Of a stretch of DNA of 64,000 nucleotides, positions 13,546-27,900 are shown in pieces. Source of the DNA: Azolla caroliniana (taxonomy: Eukaryota; Plantae; Polypodiophyta); contig JBHGNT010000002.1 in NCBI GenBank assembly GCA_043228905.1, forward strand, positions 21,142,001 to 21,206,000, in the 5' to 3' direction. Position 1 is the stretch's first letter. Every line of letters begins with the position of its first letter. Below the pieces are notes generated by a model, which was given only the letters and a program-made list of their open reading frames with translations, was not told where the DNA came from and searched no databases. A program made the translations under genes and the position numbers.

Positions 13546-14134
13546 AATATAGGGATATAATGGCCATATTCACATTACCCCATTGGAAAAATTAGGATAG
13601 GTTATTTATGTAAATAACATAAAGGGTAATTGCCCTAGTCTAGTTTGTATATAACCAGTTTGTAAGATGATGTTGCCATTGGTTTGTAACTAACTATTGA
13701 ATTATATAGAGTATTGTTTGTGTGCCTCTCTCTCTCTCTCCCTTTACTTGTTCAGCTTGATCTTGAAGTTTGTCTATGTCTAATCTTGTTCAATCTACTT
13801 TGATCCCTCATCGTGTTAGTTTATTGACACATTTTGTTGGAGTTGTATCTACATCTTGACGACCTTATTCCCAACAAAAATGAAAGTTATTTTCTAATGC
13901 CATGATGCGCTCTTAGGAGCAGCCTAGAATACATCTGACACTTGTTCGCATGGCACCAATGTCAATTCAACAAAGTTGAGTGACTTAAAGATGTGGGACT
14001 TTTATGTCCCTTGGACATTCCCAACAATAAATGCAAAACTATATATCCTTGGATTTTATTGTTAGCCTTCCTCGCACCCAAAAAGGCCATGATGCCAGTT
14101 GGGTATTTGTTGATAGACAAACTAAAATGACCAG

Positions 14135-15533
14135 AACCCCGGGTCATTTGAAATAGGTAATGTCACATTCTAAGAATTTTCCGTCATAAAAAGGCACAAA
14201 ATAGGTCATTTCAGAAAAAGGGATGCCGCATGCGTAAAGGTTTTTCAAAATTGAATCAAAATATATTGATTTTTAGCATGTCCGAAAGTTTAGGACTTTC
14301 CTCAAATGCCTAAATAATCGACACGCAAAACTTACAAAAGAATGTACAAAATTTACAAAAGGACTACCACCTATATTTATACATATTCGTGAATCGACAA
14401 TTTGTTGTAAAATACATTTTTTATAGTTCATGTATCTGAACAATCACTTCCCAAAGCTATGTCATCCCCTTTAGACCCATCCAATGAACTAGAAGAGCTT
14501 TGTGAGGTCTCATCCTCATCATCACTAGCAACCAACGCATTGTCTTCATCCAATTGCAATCCAACGTCACCGTGATTATGAGACATGCTCCTCGTTCTTC
14601 TTTGTGTCATTGTGGGAGCTACATTTGGTATCTTCACGTTTATTATCTTGGTTGTGGTTTGTCTTAGATGGCGTGTTTTGGTCAAGGAGAAGTCATACAC
14701 TAGTATGTCTACATTATCCAATGTGAGAGTAGACGTGCTTGGTACATTCTTTCTTCTCCGGTTTCTGTGTGTGCGTTCGATATCCTTAACCATCTCTAAA
14801 GAGTACTTCCCAGTAAATGCATCTGGGGAAGAGGTATGATACCAATGAACCACAATGGACATAACTTGATTGCCTTGTTCATCCTTAATCATTTCAAGAA
14901 TTCTAGCAATCCAAAAGGGAGGCCCCAACTCATCACCCCTAGCTAATATTGCAACCAACATACCAACTTGTAGCTCATGCAAACTGCCTTTCCATCTCGC
15001 CATTCAACATTCACCACCACCATTCAACATCATGATCACCAGCGTACTTCCTGGTGCACTCAATATTTTTTTATTTCTCTTCCAGGCATCGCATCCAATA
15101 TATCTTTTTCTCTTCAATCAAACTACCAAGAGTCAATCTTTTATAGTTATCATACGACATTTGTTCTGCACCATGGATTACCGCATAAGGAAAACGCAAT
15201 AGGAGCCTACATCCCTCTTGTGGCTCTCATTGTGAACTAGATGAGTATTGTTTGGCATACAACAATATTTGTTTGTGGCTCATAGAACTTCTTTTTATGA
15301 GGAAGATGTGGTTAAAATTGATATTATTAAGCGGTACAAGAACCCTACATAGAGCCCCATCACCATCCACGCAAAAGTGTTTAAAATCATAAACTTCATC
15401 CAAATGTTGTACTTCTTGCTTTGCGGTATAAGGTTCAAGGATCAACTTTGACAGCGTAGGAAGCATGAAAGCATCACATCTCGCTAATTTCTTTGAGAAC
15501 CTACTAAACGTTTGATCTTTATGATCATGTGTA
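14135..15533 (-). mobile_element. TIR DNA transposon remnant: left TIR plus 3' part of a Sola-like DDD transposase
   Basis: TIR AACCCCGGGTCATTTGAAATAGGTAAT at 14135; degenerate ORFs 14428-15003 and 15227-15466; HTHDHKDQTFSRFSKKL at ~15485-15535; truncated by the chromovirus. Confidence 0.75.
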
Positions 15534-18500
15534 TGATCTTTTTGAAAAACTAGAGAGGAAGAGAGAAGAGGAGAGAGAGAGAGATGATGATAACAGATTA
15601 TATATTATAAGAAGAGTAAGTACAAAAGGGTTATGAGGCTAAAGACTGGCATTGGACCAATTTGGTTCAACATAATGCCTAGTGCCCTCTTTTATAGTGT
15701 TCTCAGGAGTAATCCTGAAGCTTCTAGAATGTTCCAGAAAAATCTGGAATATACATTAATTTTTTATAATAAAATGTAAATGAAAATAATATTCTACGTA
15801 GTACAATAAATGATATAATGGTCAAGAGCTCGACCCATATAACTTAAGGTCATGGGCTCGAGTCTTGCCATATCATGACATTATCCTCCCTTTAAAACGA
15901 CGAGTGTCACAAGTCGTTTTGGATGGAGGACCCGGTTTGTGTGGATATTGACGATGGAAGTCTTCAAGAAGCGCACAAGCATTGGTCACATTCTCGATTG
16001 GTTCCCAAGTACGTTCGTTGGGACTATAGCCTAGCTAATCGACTAGATAGTAGAGCTTGCTGCGAACAATCTTGGAATCAAGGATGGCGGCAACCTCGTA
16101 CTCTGCTCCATCTTCAAGCTCGATCGGGGGTGGAGGTTGTATAATACGTCCTGGGATGGTGCTCTCGTGATAGCGTTCGAGGAGAGAACTATGAAACACT
16201 GGATGTATCCAAAGTTGAGGAGGTAGATCGAGGCGAAAAGCGACATCATTAATCTTTCCGATAATACGGAAAGGACCTAATCGCCGATAATCCAACTTCT
16301 CACATGGGCGAGTAGTCTTGATGGGTCGTCGTAACAGCCACACCTGATCTCCAATGTTAAAACTAGATGGAAGTCGATGACGATCCGCGTAGACCTTGTG
16401 TGTTTGTTGAGCTTGCTGGAGATGAGTAGATAAATCCACTTGTATCTTGCGTAACTGCTCCAGCCGATCCTCCGCGCAAGGATTTGTGGACACTTCTAGG
16501 GTTTCAAGTACACTCCACCGAGGGTGACATCCCGTATAAGCATAAAATGGCGTAACTTTAGTGGAGAATATCTACCCAGTTATCTTGACGATAGCTGAGA
16601 AAGCACCGCAGATACTGCTCCAGCGTTTGATTTGTTCATTCGGCTTGGCCGTCGGTTTGTGGGTGGTAGCCAGAGGAGAGGTTATAAGTGACCTTGAGCA
16701 TTTTAAAAAGGTGCTTCTAGAATTTTGACACGAACTGGGGTCCACGGTCGCTGACGATACTATCGGGAAGTCCATGATGCCGACATAGTTCACGCATGAC
16801 AATTTCGGCGGTGTCTTCCCTGGAGATTTCCTTAGTACATGGCAAAAAATGAGCCATCTTCGTATATCCATCTACCACTGTTAGAATTGCATTGAACCCT
16901 TTAGAGACTGGAAGATCTGTGATGAAGTCTAGAGCAATGGATTGCCACAGCTTGCTTGGAATTGGTAATGGTTCTAATAAACCATATGGATGATGCCTTG
17001 GCATTTTCACTCTGTAGCATGTATCACAAGTCCGAACAAAATCTTCGACAAATTGTCGCATATGGGGCCACCAGAATGATCGTTGTACTAAATGTAATGT
17101 TTTAGTACTACCAAAATGCCCAGTTGTATATGTGTCATGACAGTTTTGTACTACTCGAAGGCGGCAAGAACCATTAGGACCATACAAAAGTTCTTTAAAG
17201 AAGAGTAATCCATCATGGTATTTGAATTGCCGATAGTCCGTACCTGGTGGTTGCGATTGTGAACACGGAGCTCGAGAGGGATCAATTTGTGCTATTATAG
17301 CTTGGGTGAAAGCATCTGTCTTCAGGTCTGCATGTATGACATTAATAACGTGGGAATCCATGGGCATGCCAAAAACCTGTGTTGCTTGCAATCGTGCCGG
17401 TCCCAAGATTACTTGCTTTTGGTTATCAAAAGCTGGCTCGCCAAGACGCGGTGTTAGATACGAATGTCGTGATAATGCATTTGCCTTCCCTTGGTGCTTC
17501 CCTAGACGATATGTAATTTTGAAGTTGAAACGCGTGAGGAGGTGGGCCCACCGAGCTTGACGTCGATTTAACACACGAGCATCCTGAAAGTAGGCAAGGT
17601 TTTTATGGTCACTGAATACGGTGACTTGATGAGAGGATCCCTCTAAAAAATGCCTCCATTGCATAAACGAGTCCATTATTGCCAATAGCTCCTTATCATG
17701 AATTTCGTAGTTGATTTTGGCAGCGTCAAAGTTGCGTGAGTGAAAATCCACAGGATGTAGCTTCTCATCATTACCCCGTTGTGACAGAATGCTCCCCAAT
17801 GCGAAATCCGATGCGTCAGCTTCGATAATGAATGGTTTTTCTGGATCGACATGAGCTAGAATTGGAGCCAATGTAAATGCTTTTTTAAGACTCTCGAAAG
17901 CCATATCTGCTTCTTCAGACCAAACGAACGATTGTCCCTTCCTGGTAAGTGTGTGAGAGGCAGAACAAGCTTTGAGTAATCTTGTATAAACTTCCGGTAA
18001 AAATTGGCAAAGCCTAAAAAGCATTGCACATCCCACACCGAGCGCGGAGTCTGCCATTCTACCACCGTCTTGACCTTAGCTTGGTCCATGGAGATGCCTT
18101 CTGATGAAATGGCGTAGCCGAGAAATTCCACCTGGTTGCACCCGAAACTACATTTTTCTAGCTTTGCGTAAAGACCATGTTCTCGAAGTCGTTTTAGTAC
18201 TAACAGTACATGAGAATCGTGCTCTTCTTCGGTCTTTGAGTAAACTAGTAGGTCATCCAAGAGATCTCGGAATATATCATTTGCCATGTGCTGGAAGACT
18301 GTTGGCGCATTAGTGAGGCCTAACGCCATGACCGTATACTCGAAGTGCCCATATCTAGTGCGGAACGCGGTTTTCCATTCATCTCCTGCTCGGATCCGTA
18401 CGAGGCTATAGGCCCCCCATAAGTCGATTTTTGTGAAGAACCTGGCACCATTGATCCATTCTAAAAGACTTGAGTTAAGGGGAAGTGCATACCTATTGCG

Positions 18501-21061
18501 GACTGTAACTTTATTCAACCCACAGTAATCTACCACCAGACGAAGTGAGCCATCCTTTTTCTTGACGAAGAAAATGGGTGCGTCGGTTGGAAATTTTGAA
18601 TGTCAAATGAATCCATTCTCCAAATTCTCCTCTATATAGGCTCGAAGGACTTCTAGCTCGGTTGGTGACAAATTGTAGATCGGTCCCTATGGTGGGTGGC
18701 TCTTTCCCCGGTTGTAAATCGATGGGGCAATCATATGGTCGATGGTGAGGAAGCGTATTGGCTCGTACTTTATCGAATACATCGGCATAATGATGATACT
18801 TCTTTGGAAGTTGAACGGTGGACTCCTCTTTAATGCTGTCGGAGGGTTTTAGTGATATTGCGAAGAGAAACATTTCTTCCTTGCGTCCTTCTTCCCGCAA
18901 CTGATGTAGTGAAATGGTGGCAATCTTCTGAGTAGATCCTTGGGTTTGTCGACACCGGATTTCTCTTGTTCTCCAATCTATGTCTAGGTTATGTAACTCG
19001 AACCATGGTAATCCCAAAACGATGGGATGTTCTGGGATACTAATTATGTTAAATGATACTACACATTCTAAGTTATCTAGGACAATATTAACGGGTTTTG
19101 ACTCTTCTATGATATTTCCGGAAGCAATGGGACGACCATCAATGACGACTACAGAGGCTGGACACGGGAGTTTTCTAAGAGATATCTGATGAGCTTGGGC
19201 AAAATTCCTATCCATAAAGCAAGAATTAGCTCCGGAGTCTAGAAGTGCTAAGACGTGTATTGGAGGGGTACTTTTAGTACTAGTTGTTACTTGGGCTACG
19301 AACACATTGCTAACTTGCTTAGAGGGAATGGAACCACTAATGGGTTGCACAGATCTAGGGCTGTCCAACCAAACAACTCCTATTTTGGCTGGACTTAGTC
19401 GTTTAACTCTTCTTCTAACTGACTAAGGACATCAAATTTGTTCGCTAGATCTAGGCTATTAGTACTATTAGTACTATCAGATATCCCTATTGTAATAGGC
19501 TCAGGCTTAATACAATTAGAACTAGCAACTATTTGGTTTACCTGTCTTCTTTGGCATATGGGGACAATTTATTGCAATATGTCCTGGTCCACCGTAGTAG
19601 AGACATAGTCGATTTGTTCGGTGTCGTTGCTTTTCTTTTTCGGATAATGGCCCTCGACAACGTGTAGTGTCAATCTCCATCAGAGTCGGCGTATTCACTG
19701 GAGACGCATTATAGGACTCCCTCGGTAAAGGTTTTGCTACCATTGAGGTGTAGGTGGGCTTTGCTCTTGCCCTCAGCATCTGTAGTTGTCGTTCCGAACG
19801 TCGCTGAAAGAGGCGGTTGTCACATCTCACAGCGCGACTGATTGCTTCTGTTAAGGACTTTGGCTCTTCAGGGAAGGTCAAGAGTAAATCCTTGACATCG
19901 TTGCGTAAACCATAATGAAATTGCTCCATCAACGCTTAATCATCCCAAGGGATGTCAACGGTGAGTAGGCAGAAATTTGCAGCATATGCGGAGGCTGGAC
20001 GGTCTCCTTGGTGTAATCACCGGATTTTGTTGATTGCGGTCCTTATGTTGTCAATATCTCCAAAGCATGCTTTAAACTCACCTATAAACTCTTCAAAGTT
20101 GTTCAATAATGGAGACTCCTTTTCCAACAGTGGAGCGAACCATGCCAACGCTGAGCCACTTAACAACGTCCCTACTAAACCCACTCGTGATGCATCGGTA
20201 GGATATCGGGAAGGATGCATTTGAATAACTAATCGTACTTGATTAAGGAACGCTATAAACTGCGATCGTGTTCCATCGAACTTCGTGGGAAGGCCAATCT
20301 TGGGTTCCTTATGAATCCCTTGTGTTCTGGGGCCTTGTTGTTGCATCGCTGCGATGGTTGCTTCGAGTTGTTGCACGCGTAATGCAAGTTCCCCATGTTG
20401 TTGTTGCGTTTGCTGCTTTTCTAAGGAGATTTGTTGAAGATCCCCCAGCAACCGTTGATTTTCTTGTTCCAAAGCAAGGAACTTCTCTTTCAAGCATTGA
20501 AACACTGAGAAAACAGATTGATATTCCTGAGCGCTACCAATGGCCATGGGATGAAAAGAAAAGAGGAATAAGAGATTAGTATGAAGGGAGAGAGATAGAA
20601 GGAAAATTGGTTCAAACAGTTAGGAATAGTACTAAACAGAGAGAGAATTAGTACTAGAGAAGGGAAATACGATTAGTACTAAGAGGACGGGACTGCGTAA
20701 GACTCCCGAGAGAGGAAGAGAGAAGAGGAGAGAGAGATAGAGAATATGAGAGATAGAGAGAGAGATGATGATAACAGATTATATACTATAAGAAGAGTAA
20801 GTACAAAAGGGCTATGAGGCTAAAGACTGGCGTTGAACCAATTTGGTTCAACATAATGCCTAGTGCCCTCTTTTACAGTGTTCTCAGGAGTAATCCTGAA
20901 GCTTCTAGAATGTTCCAGAGAAATCTGGAATATACATTAATTTCCTATAATAAAATGTAAATGAAAATAATATTTTATGTATTACAATAGATGATATAAT
21001 GGTCAAGAGCTCGACCCATATAACCTAAGGTCATGGGTTCGAGTCTTGCCATGTCATGACA
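15534..21061 (-). mobile_element. Near-complete degenerate Ty3/gypsy chromovirus (Tcn1/Tf-like): gag, PR, RT, RNase H, integrase, chromodomain
   Basis: LTRs 15534-15880 and ~20710-21061 (TGTCATG start); PPT AAAGGGAGGATAA. Protease ALLDSGA; RT KTAFRTRYGHFEY; RNase H EADASDFALG...DHKNL; integrase DFITDLP, GPF; chromodomain EYEVAAILDSKIVRSKLYYLVD. Confidence 0.95.
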
Positions 21062-21079
21062 GATAATCGCTTCTAAATT

Positions 21080-21480
21080 GGTTTACCAATTTGTTGATGA
21101 GTCGTTTCATTTTTAAGGGTTACCAATAGATTTTGTGAATGATCACGATTGAAGGTGTAGTAGTGACTTTTGGACGAAAATCCCTAAGAAGTTAGAAAGA
21201 ACCTTGACCATGAGATCCACGGAACATCTTCAATCGAATGCACGGACGAAACACATGAATAAAATTTTTAAGGACATGCTTGGAGCATACATTCTTGCAA
21301 AGCGAACAAAATGGGAATGTTATCTCCCAACTTTTGAGTTTGCTTATAATAGCTCCAAGCATACATCAACGGGATATAGTCCTTTTATATTTATGTATGT
21401 ATTTGAGCCACATGCCCCTCTTGATACAAAACTTTCCAAGGGATATCCAAGATAATATTGCATATTTCTGGACATAATGT
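21080..21480 (+). pseudogene. Old gypsy integrase core remnant (paralog at ~43610-44010)
   Basis: GLPIDFVND...DFW...KWECYLPTFEFAYNSSKHTSTGYSPF. Confidence 0.75.
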
Positions 21481-21983
21481 ATAAAAACCTCAAGATAGAA
21501 GACGTTTTTATGCCAACTAGAATAGGCAACCCTGTGTATTCAGCCTTGCACATAATGTACTTCTATGTGTGCCTCAAGATTCTAAAACATTGTCTATGGG
21601 TCTATGCTAGTCTAATCACATTCTCTTTCTTGTAAGTCATTTAAAAGAACTTAATGATTTTGGCAATAATATACTTAAAATGAAAATTTCCATTATGACC
21701 TTAAGTGTTATATTTATTACAAACATATGTGAGGAGGACAATTTTGATCTCACCAAGCTTAGATTACAAATGTTGTTCTAACTCTGTTATTGCTTATTCC
21801 ACTTTGTACACCAGCAAATTTGATTTAAACTTTGATCTTCCCCAACTTAGATTACAAATGATGTTATTACTCCATGTTGTTAATTATTCCACTTTGTACA
21901 ATACCTTATAATATTCACCCCCTACATTTGTTTTTACAACCTTGTCCCCTTCAACAATTAGTGATTTTGTGAGTATATTTGAT

Positions 21984-24900
21984 TCAAGCATAAATGGCAT
22001 AAGGATTTCCATTCATTCTCATTTCCATGTCAATGGGATGGCGAGGATTTGATTCTCTATTACTTATGCATTGATTCACTGGGAACCATAAACATCTTAA
22101 CAATATTATTCCAACATACGACACGGCTATGACAATGAATAGACCCCCGTAACTATGGAGAGACATTTTTACTGTGTCAGGAGAACTTGTAATGCAGACT
22201 CCGGAACCAAGCCACTTATCCTTGATCCTTTGAAGATCTCCGTTTTGTTGTAAAGATAGAATAGAAAGTGACATATCATTAGTTAAGGGTGAGTTCTTTT
22301 GAAATGCCTGCAGGCGAGGGGGGAAATCCCTTAATAGACCACATCGATTGAAGAATATCCATATGGAAGTGGCAAGTTTAAATGCGATCAAGAATACTTA
22401 CAAATGCAAATCCGCCAAAGTAGCCAATGTTCGAGTCAACGATTGTGTATTTGCATCCTAGGTTGGTAAGGAAGGTTGCCAAGTAAGGTGACTCATCAAT
22501 AATTGCCGACACATTACCTGACGTCAATGCATTGTCATAATCTTCTTGAGTAATCAAGTTCATGAGTCGTTCTGATGAAATGTTGAGGTTATTCTTCAAG
22601 TAATTTACTTCGAATGAACCTTCTTGACATCCTATTTTTAGATGACTTTTTTGCAAGTCTGCGAAACTTCGAATGGTTGGACGTTGTTGTTGTTGTTGCG
22701 CTATTAATATAGATGACAAGCTTGCTATATAGCTCGATGAAAATATGAGTACAAAAACTAGCCAAACTAGTGTGAATGCTCGACCTGAGTGGGTTTTGGC
22801 GTCATCCCCTGCGAAGCATTCCCTTTGTTTAGTAAAATGTGTTGAACATTTTCAAGGACAATATTAATATATGATATCTAAAAAATTTTGAACTTAGGTT
22901 TTCTTATATTCAACAGTATTTATCCACTCATCATGTATAATCTGAATGTGTACTTACTATGAGAGAAGAAGATGGCCATGGCTGTCAACCTGGCAAGATC
23001 AATAAATAATTGATGGAATACAAATTAGAAACGATGTATTCTATTAGAATTTAGAGAATAAAAACAAGACTATAGAGATGGGTTTTGAATAATGAGGATA
23101 ATGTTTGGTTAAAAACCAAACCATGGAATGAACATTTAACTAGCAAAGAGAAAGAGAGAGTTGTAATGCGTAGGTAATGCCACTACCCTTACTAACATAG
23201 ATTTGATGAGGTAATAGGTCATACCAAACCATTGGGAATGTACATAGAACAATATAATCACATCTATCACATTATTTACCATTCCACAATTCATATAGTT
23301 TCTTCTTCCTTTAATTAAGGCTTTCTAATTACCAACATTTTGGGAAGGACAAGTGAGACAATATGTTATTTAGTTACCCAATTATATAATGAGTTCTAGG
23401 GGGTTCGTTAGGAATATGTCCCTCCTATGGGAGGAACCAATTGGTCGGGCCGAGAGCCGACAATCGATGTCACAGAGAGCGGACAATTGTAGACAAGGAC
23501 TAGCCGACTAGTCGGGCCGAGACGCAACAGTCAATGTCATAGAGAGTCAACAACAGACGATCCCAGTCGAAGACAAGACCGACTAGTCGGACCGACCAGA
23601 GGGTCGACGACAAGGCCGATTAGTCGGGCCGACTAGACAATCGACACTGGAGTCGACTACTCGATCAGTCAGTTGATTAACTGCGATTATTGTTAGTATA
23701 ATAATAGAAGTGAGAGTAGTACTAAGGAACTATATATGTAAATAACCCATAAGGTGTATAAGTATAAATACACTTAGGGCAAAACATCGTGTGATGCATT
23801 GTAGAATAGAAAGAATAGAATAGCGTAGAGTTCCTATAGATGTGTGTTACAGAGTGAAGAGTGAGTGTGTGATAGTGAGAGTAGTACTAAGGAACTATAT
23901 TTGTAAATAACCCATAATGTGTGTAAGTATAAATACACTTAGGCAAAAACATAGTGTGATGCATTGTAGAATAGAAAGAGTAGAAAAGCGTAGAGTTCCT
24001 ATAGATGTGTGTTACAGAGTGAAGAGTGAGTGCGTGATAGTGAGAGTAGCGCCATAGTTGTGTGAGCTTAGTAACTGTGTGTTACAGAGTGAAGAGTGAG
24101 TGCGTGATAGTGAGAGTAGCGCCATAGTTGTGTGAGCTTAGTAACTGTGTGTTACAGAGTGAAGAGTGAGAGTGGCGCCATAGCTGTGTGAGCTTGGACG
24201 CCAAGAACCCTACATGGTGGATACACTCTGTGCAGAGAGAGTGTTGTATACTATCTCCTTTGTATTGTCCATTGTATAGTGGATCTTTGTTCCCGTGGTT
24301 TGCCCCGTTTAGGGTTTCCACATTAAATTGTGTATTCAGTGCATTTGTTGTTTTTCTATTTCCACATTATTGTGCATTTCATAATTGGATTTCCTCACAA
24401 ATCTCCATGATCGAAGACCAACAAACTGGTATCAGAGCTTGAGGTGCAAGCATGGAAGCATGCGTGAGTGGCTTCCTAGGCATGATAGTTCTACACTTTC
24501 AGAACTTTGCAGATTGGAAGATAAAGATGGAAGGCCTTCTCTTAGTCAAAGACCTATACGAGCCCATCGATAGAGCATAAATACCCACGGGACTATTACA
24601 GTCTGAATGGAAAGTTCTGAACAGAAAGGCGGTGGCCACCATTAGATAGTGTGTTGATGTGAGTGTCCTTCAGCATGTGCCAAACGACACAAATGCGTAC
24701 GAGATGTGCCAGAACTTGTCAGGTCTATATGAGTGGAAGAATGCCATCAATGAAACATCTTTGATGAGAAAGATTGTGAGGTTGAAGTATAGGGACGGGG
24801 AAAGCATAGTCGAGCATGTAAGCACATTCATGGGGTATGTAATCCAGATTGTGGCAACTAAACTTTTCCTTAAGGATGCAATTCAGGCCATCCTGCCACT

Positions 24901-27900
24901 GTGTAGACTACCGGACAAGTGGGAGAACCTGGTGGTGACTCTCAACACCACGTTTGAAGAAGAGAACTTGTCTCTACAAATGGTACAGACAAGCATCTTT
25001 AGCGAGGAGACAAGAAGGAAGGACAAGGGTGTCCTATCCCAGTCGGAGTCAAATCTGACTCAACATACATGTAGGGGAAGAAATCGGCAAAGAAGTCCAC
25101 AAAGAACGGAGAAGTCCTAAGCCAAATCCAAGTCTAGAGTCAAGCTAGCATGCTTCTATTGTGGAAAGCCTAGACACTTCGAGAGGGACTGACAACACAT
25201 GATGAAGGACAAAGGTGTCCATAATAATGTCGAACCCAGGAAGATTCCTGATGAAAAGTGCACATTGGTCGTAGATACAAGTGTTAAGGAGATTTTGTTC
25301 ATTTGTGAATAGGCAAGCACAAATCTTGCAAGTGAAGAGTGTACTTGGGTAATCGATTGGGGCGGATCTTTCCACATAACTCCATCGAGAGAGTGTTTCT
25401 TAACTTGCATAGCCGGGGATCATGGCTATGTAAAGATGGGAGATAATGAGGAGTGCAAGATAGCGGACATAGGAAGTGTAAGCCTGATGACGTCGACAGA
25501 TTATCGATTTAATATGAGGGAAGTTCGAGATGTCCTCGATATCATATTGATTTGATATCGACTGGAAGGCTAGATGATGAAGGCTACAATGGTAGCTTTT
25601 GAAATGGCAAGTGGAAGTTCTATCGAGGAAACCTCATAGTGGCCCGAGCACAGAAACAGGGCACATTGTATATGATGCATGTCCGACTGTGCAAGTCAAA
25701 AATGAACGTGGCAGCCAACTCGAGTGGAGAGTTAGGGCATAAGAGGCTAGACCATATGAGTTAGAAAGGAATGCATCTACTAGCTGAACAGGAACTTCTC
25801 CCAGAAGTGAAAGGCGTACACTTGGAGAAGTGTGTCGGGTGCTTAGTCGGAAAGCAGAACAGAACAACATTCCACTCAAGACCACCGAAAAGAAGAGAAA
25901 TGCTCTTGAAACTAGTGCACACCGATGTGTGCTATGTGGAGGCTCCATCACATCGAGGCGGACAGTACTTCGTCACGTTCATCGATGACTACTATCAAAA
26001 ATTGTGGGCTTTAGTACTAATATCGAAGGATCAAGTATTGTCGTTCTTCAAGGAGTTCCAAGCAACGACAGAAAGAGAGTCAAGTCAGAAGTTGAAGGTG
26101 GTCCCAACCGACAACGGTGGCGAATATAGAGGGCATTTCAAAGAATACTGCGAGGCCCAAGGTATTCGAATCGAATACATAGTGCAAAAGACCCCAGCAT
26201 TGAACGGGCTTGTAGAGAGGATGAATCAGACGATAATGGAAAGAGTAAGGAGCATGATGTTGCATGCTATACTGGCGAAAATGTATTGGAATGAGACGAT
26301 GTATACAACTATTTATTTGATCAATAGGTCTCCCTCAATACCATTGAAAGGTGATGTCCCACATTAGCCCAAAGTCTTTGCGGAGAAAGAGAAAGAGAAC
26401 CTACTATGTCAACTAAAGAAAATCTTGTATGGTTCGAAACAAGCTCCATGCCAATGGTATAAGAAGTTCGAGTCCTTCATGTTGGAATATAGGTTCCAGA
26501 AAACACAAGTTGATCAGTATGTGTACGTAAAGAGGTATGATGAGGGTTACTTCTTAATTCTCTTATTATATGTGGATGACATCTTGATAGTCAGACAAGA
26601 CACGAAGAGGATCGTGAGCTTAAAGAAAGCTCTAGGCAAGTCGTTTGCAATAAAAGAACTTGGACCCGCTAAACAGATTTTAGAGATGCACATAGTTTGG
26701 GACAGAACTAAGAAAGTGTTGTGGTTGTCACAAGAGAAGTATGTGACAAAGATCCTAGAAAGATTCAACATGTCGGAAGCAAAGCTAGTCGGCTCTATGT
26801 CACCGACCAACTAAGCTAAATGTTAAGCAATGCCTAAGGGGTGACAAAGAAAAGGTTGAGATGAGGAAAGTACGATATGCCTTTAAAGCCGTCGGCAGTT
26901 TAATGTATGTTATGGTTTGTACGAGACCATACATAGCATTTGCTATGGGGACAGTAAGCCGATATAGGAGTAATCTAGGAAGAGAACATTGGGCAACTAT
27001 TAAATAGATACTCAGGTACTTGAAAGCCACCTTTGGGGTATGCCTAAGGTATGGTTGAAGGGTTTACCGACTCGGAAACATTGGGGGACACAAACTCAAT
27101 TTCATCTACTTCAGGGTACATGATGACTTATGCATGGGGAGTAATGTCGTGGCAATCACAACTTCAAAAATATGTGGCCTTGTTGACCATAGAGGCAGAG
27201 TATATGGCAGCGGTAGAGGCTGGCAAAGAGCTGATCTGGATGAGAAATTTTCTCAGTGAGTTAGGAATGAAGCAAAGGGAATCCTTGCTTCACTGTGATA
27301 GCCACAACCCCATACATCTAGCCAAGAACGCTATGTACCACTCCTGAACCAAGCACATATAGAGAAGGTATCACTGGTTATGGGAGAGAGTGAAAGATGG
27401 AGAGTTTACTCTTGCAAAGATCCATACTGACCAAAATGGATACGACATGCTCACAAAGAACCTATCGATGGACAAACTCAAAGTATGTCGACAAAGGACA
27501 AGGATCTCTATTTCCGTGGTTTTCCCTGTTTAGGGTTTCCACGTAAAACTGTGTACTCTGTGCATTGCCTATTTTTTTGTTCCCGCATTATTGTGCATTT
27601 CATAATCGGATTTCCTCACGAATCTCAGTAATCGAAGACCAACACGTTTGTAGTTGAAGATTTGGGCAAGAATACTATTCTATTGTCATGTACTCAAGCA
27701 AAAGCTTTGTTGAACGGTAGATGCTCCTAATGGGACAAGGATCTTCAAAGATGAGATGAGGCAAGGCGTAGTATGTTAGTTAGGTACTCAATTATATAAT
27801 GCGCACTAGTGAGGGCATAGTCTATAGTCCTTCAACACCCAGGTGACTCTCCATCGAAGGTAACTAACTTGTAATTTTAGCTGCTTGATATATTTATTTT

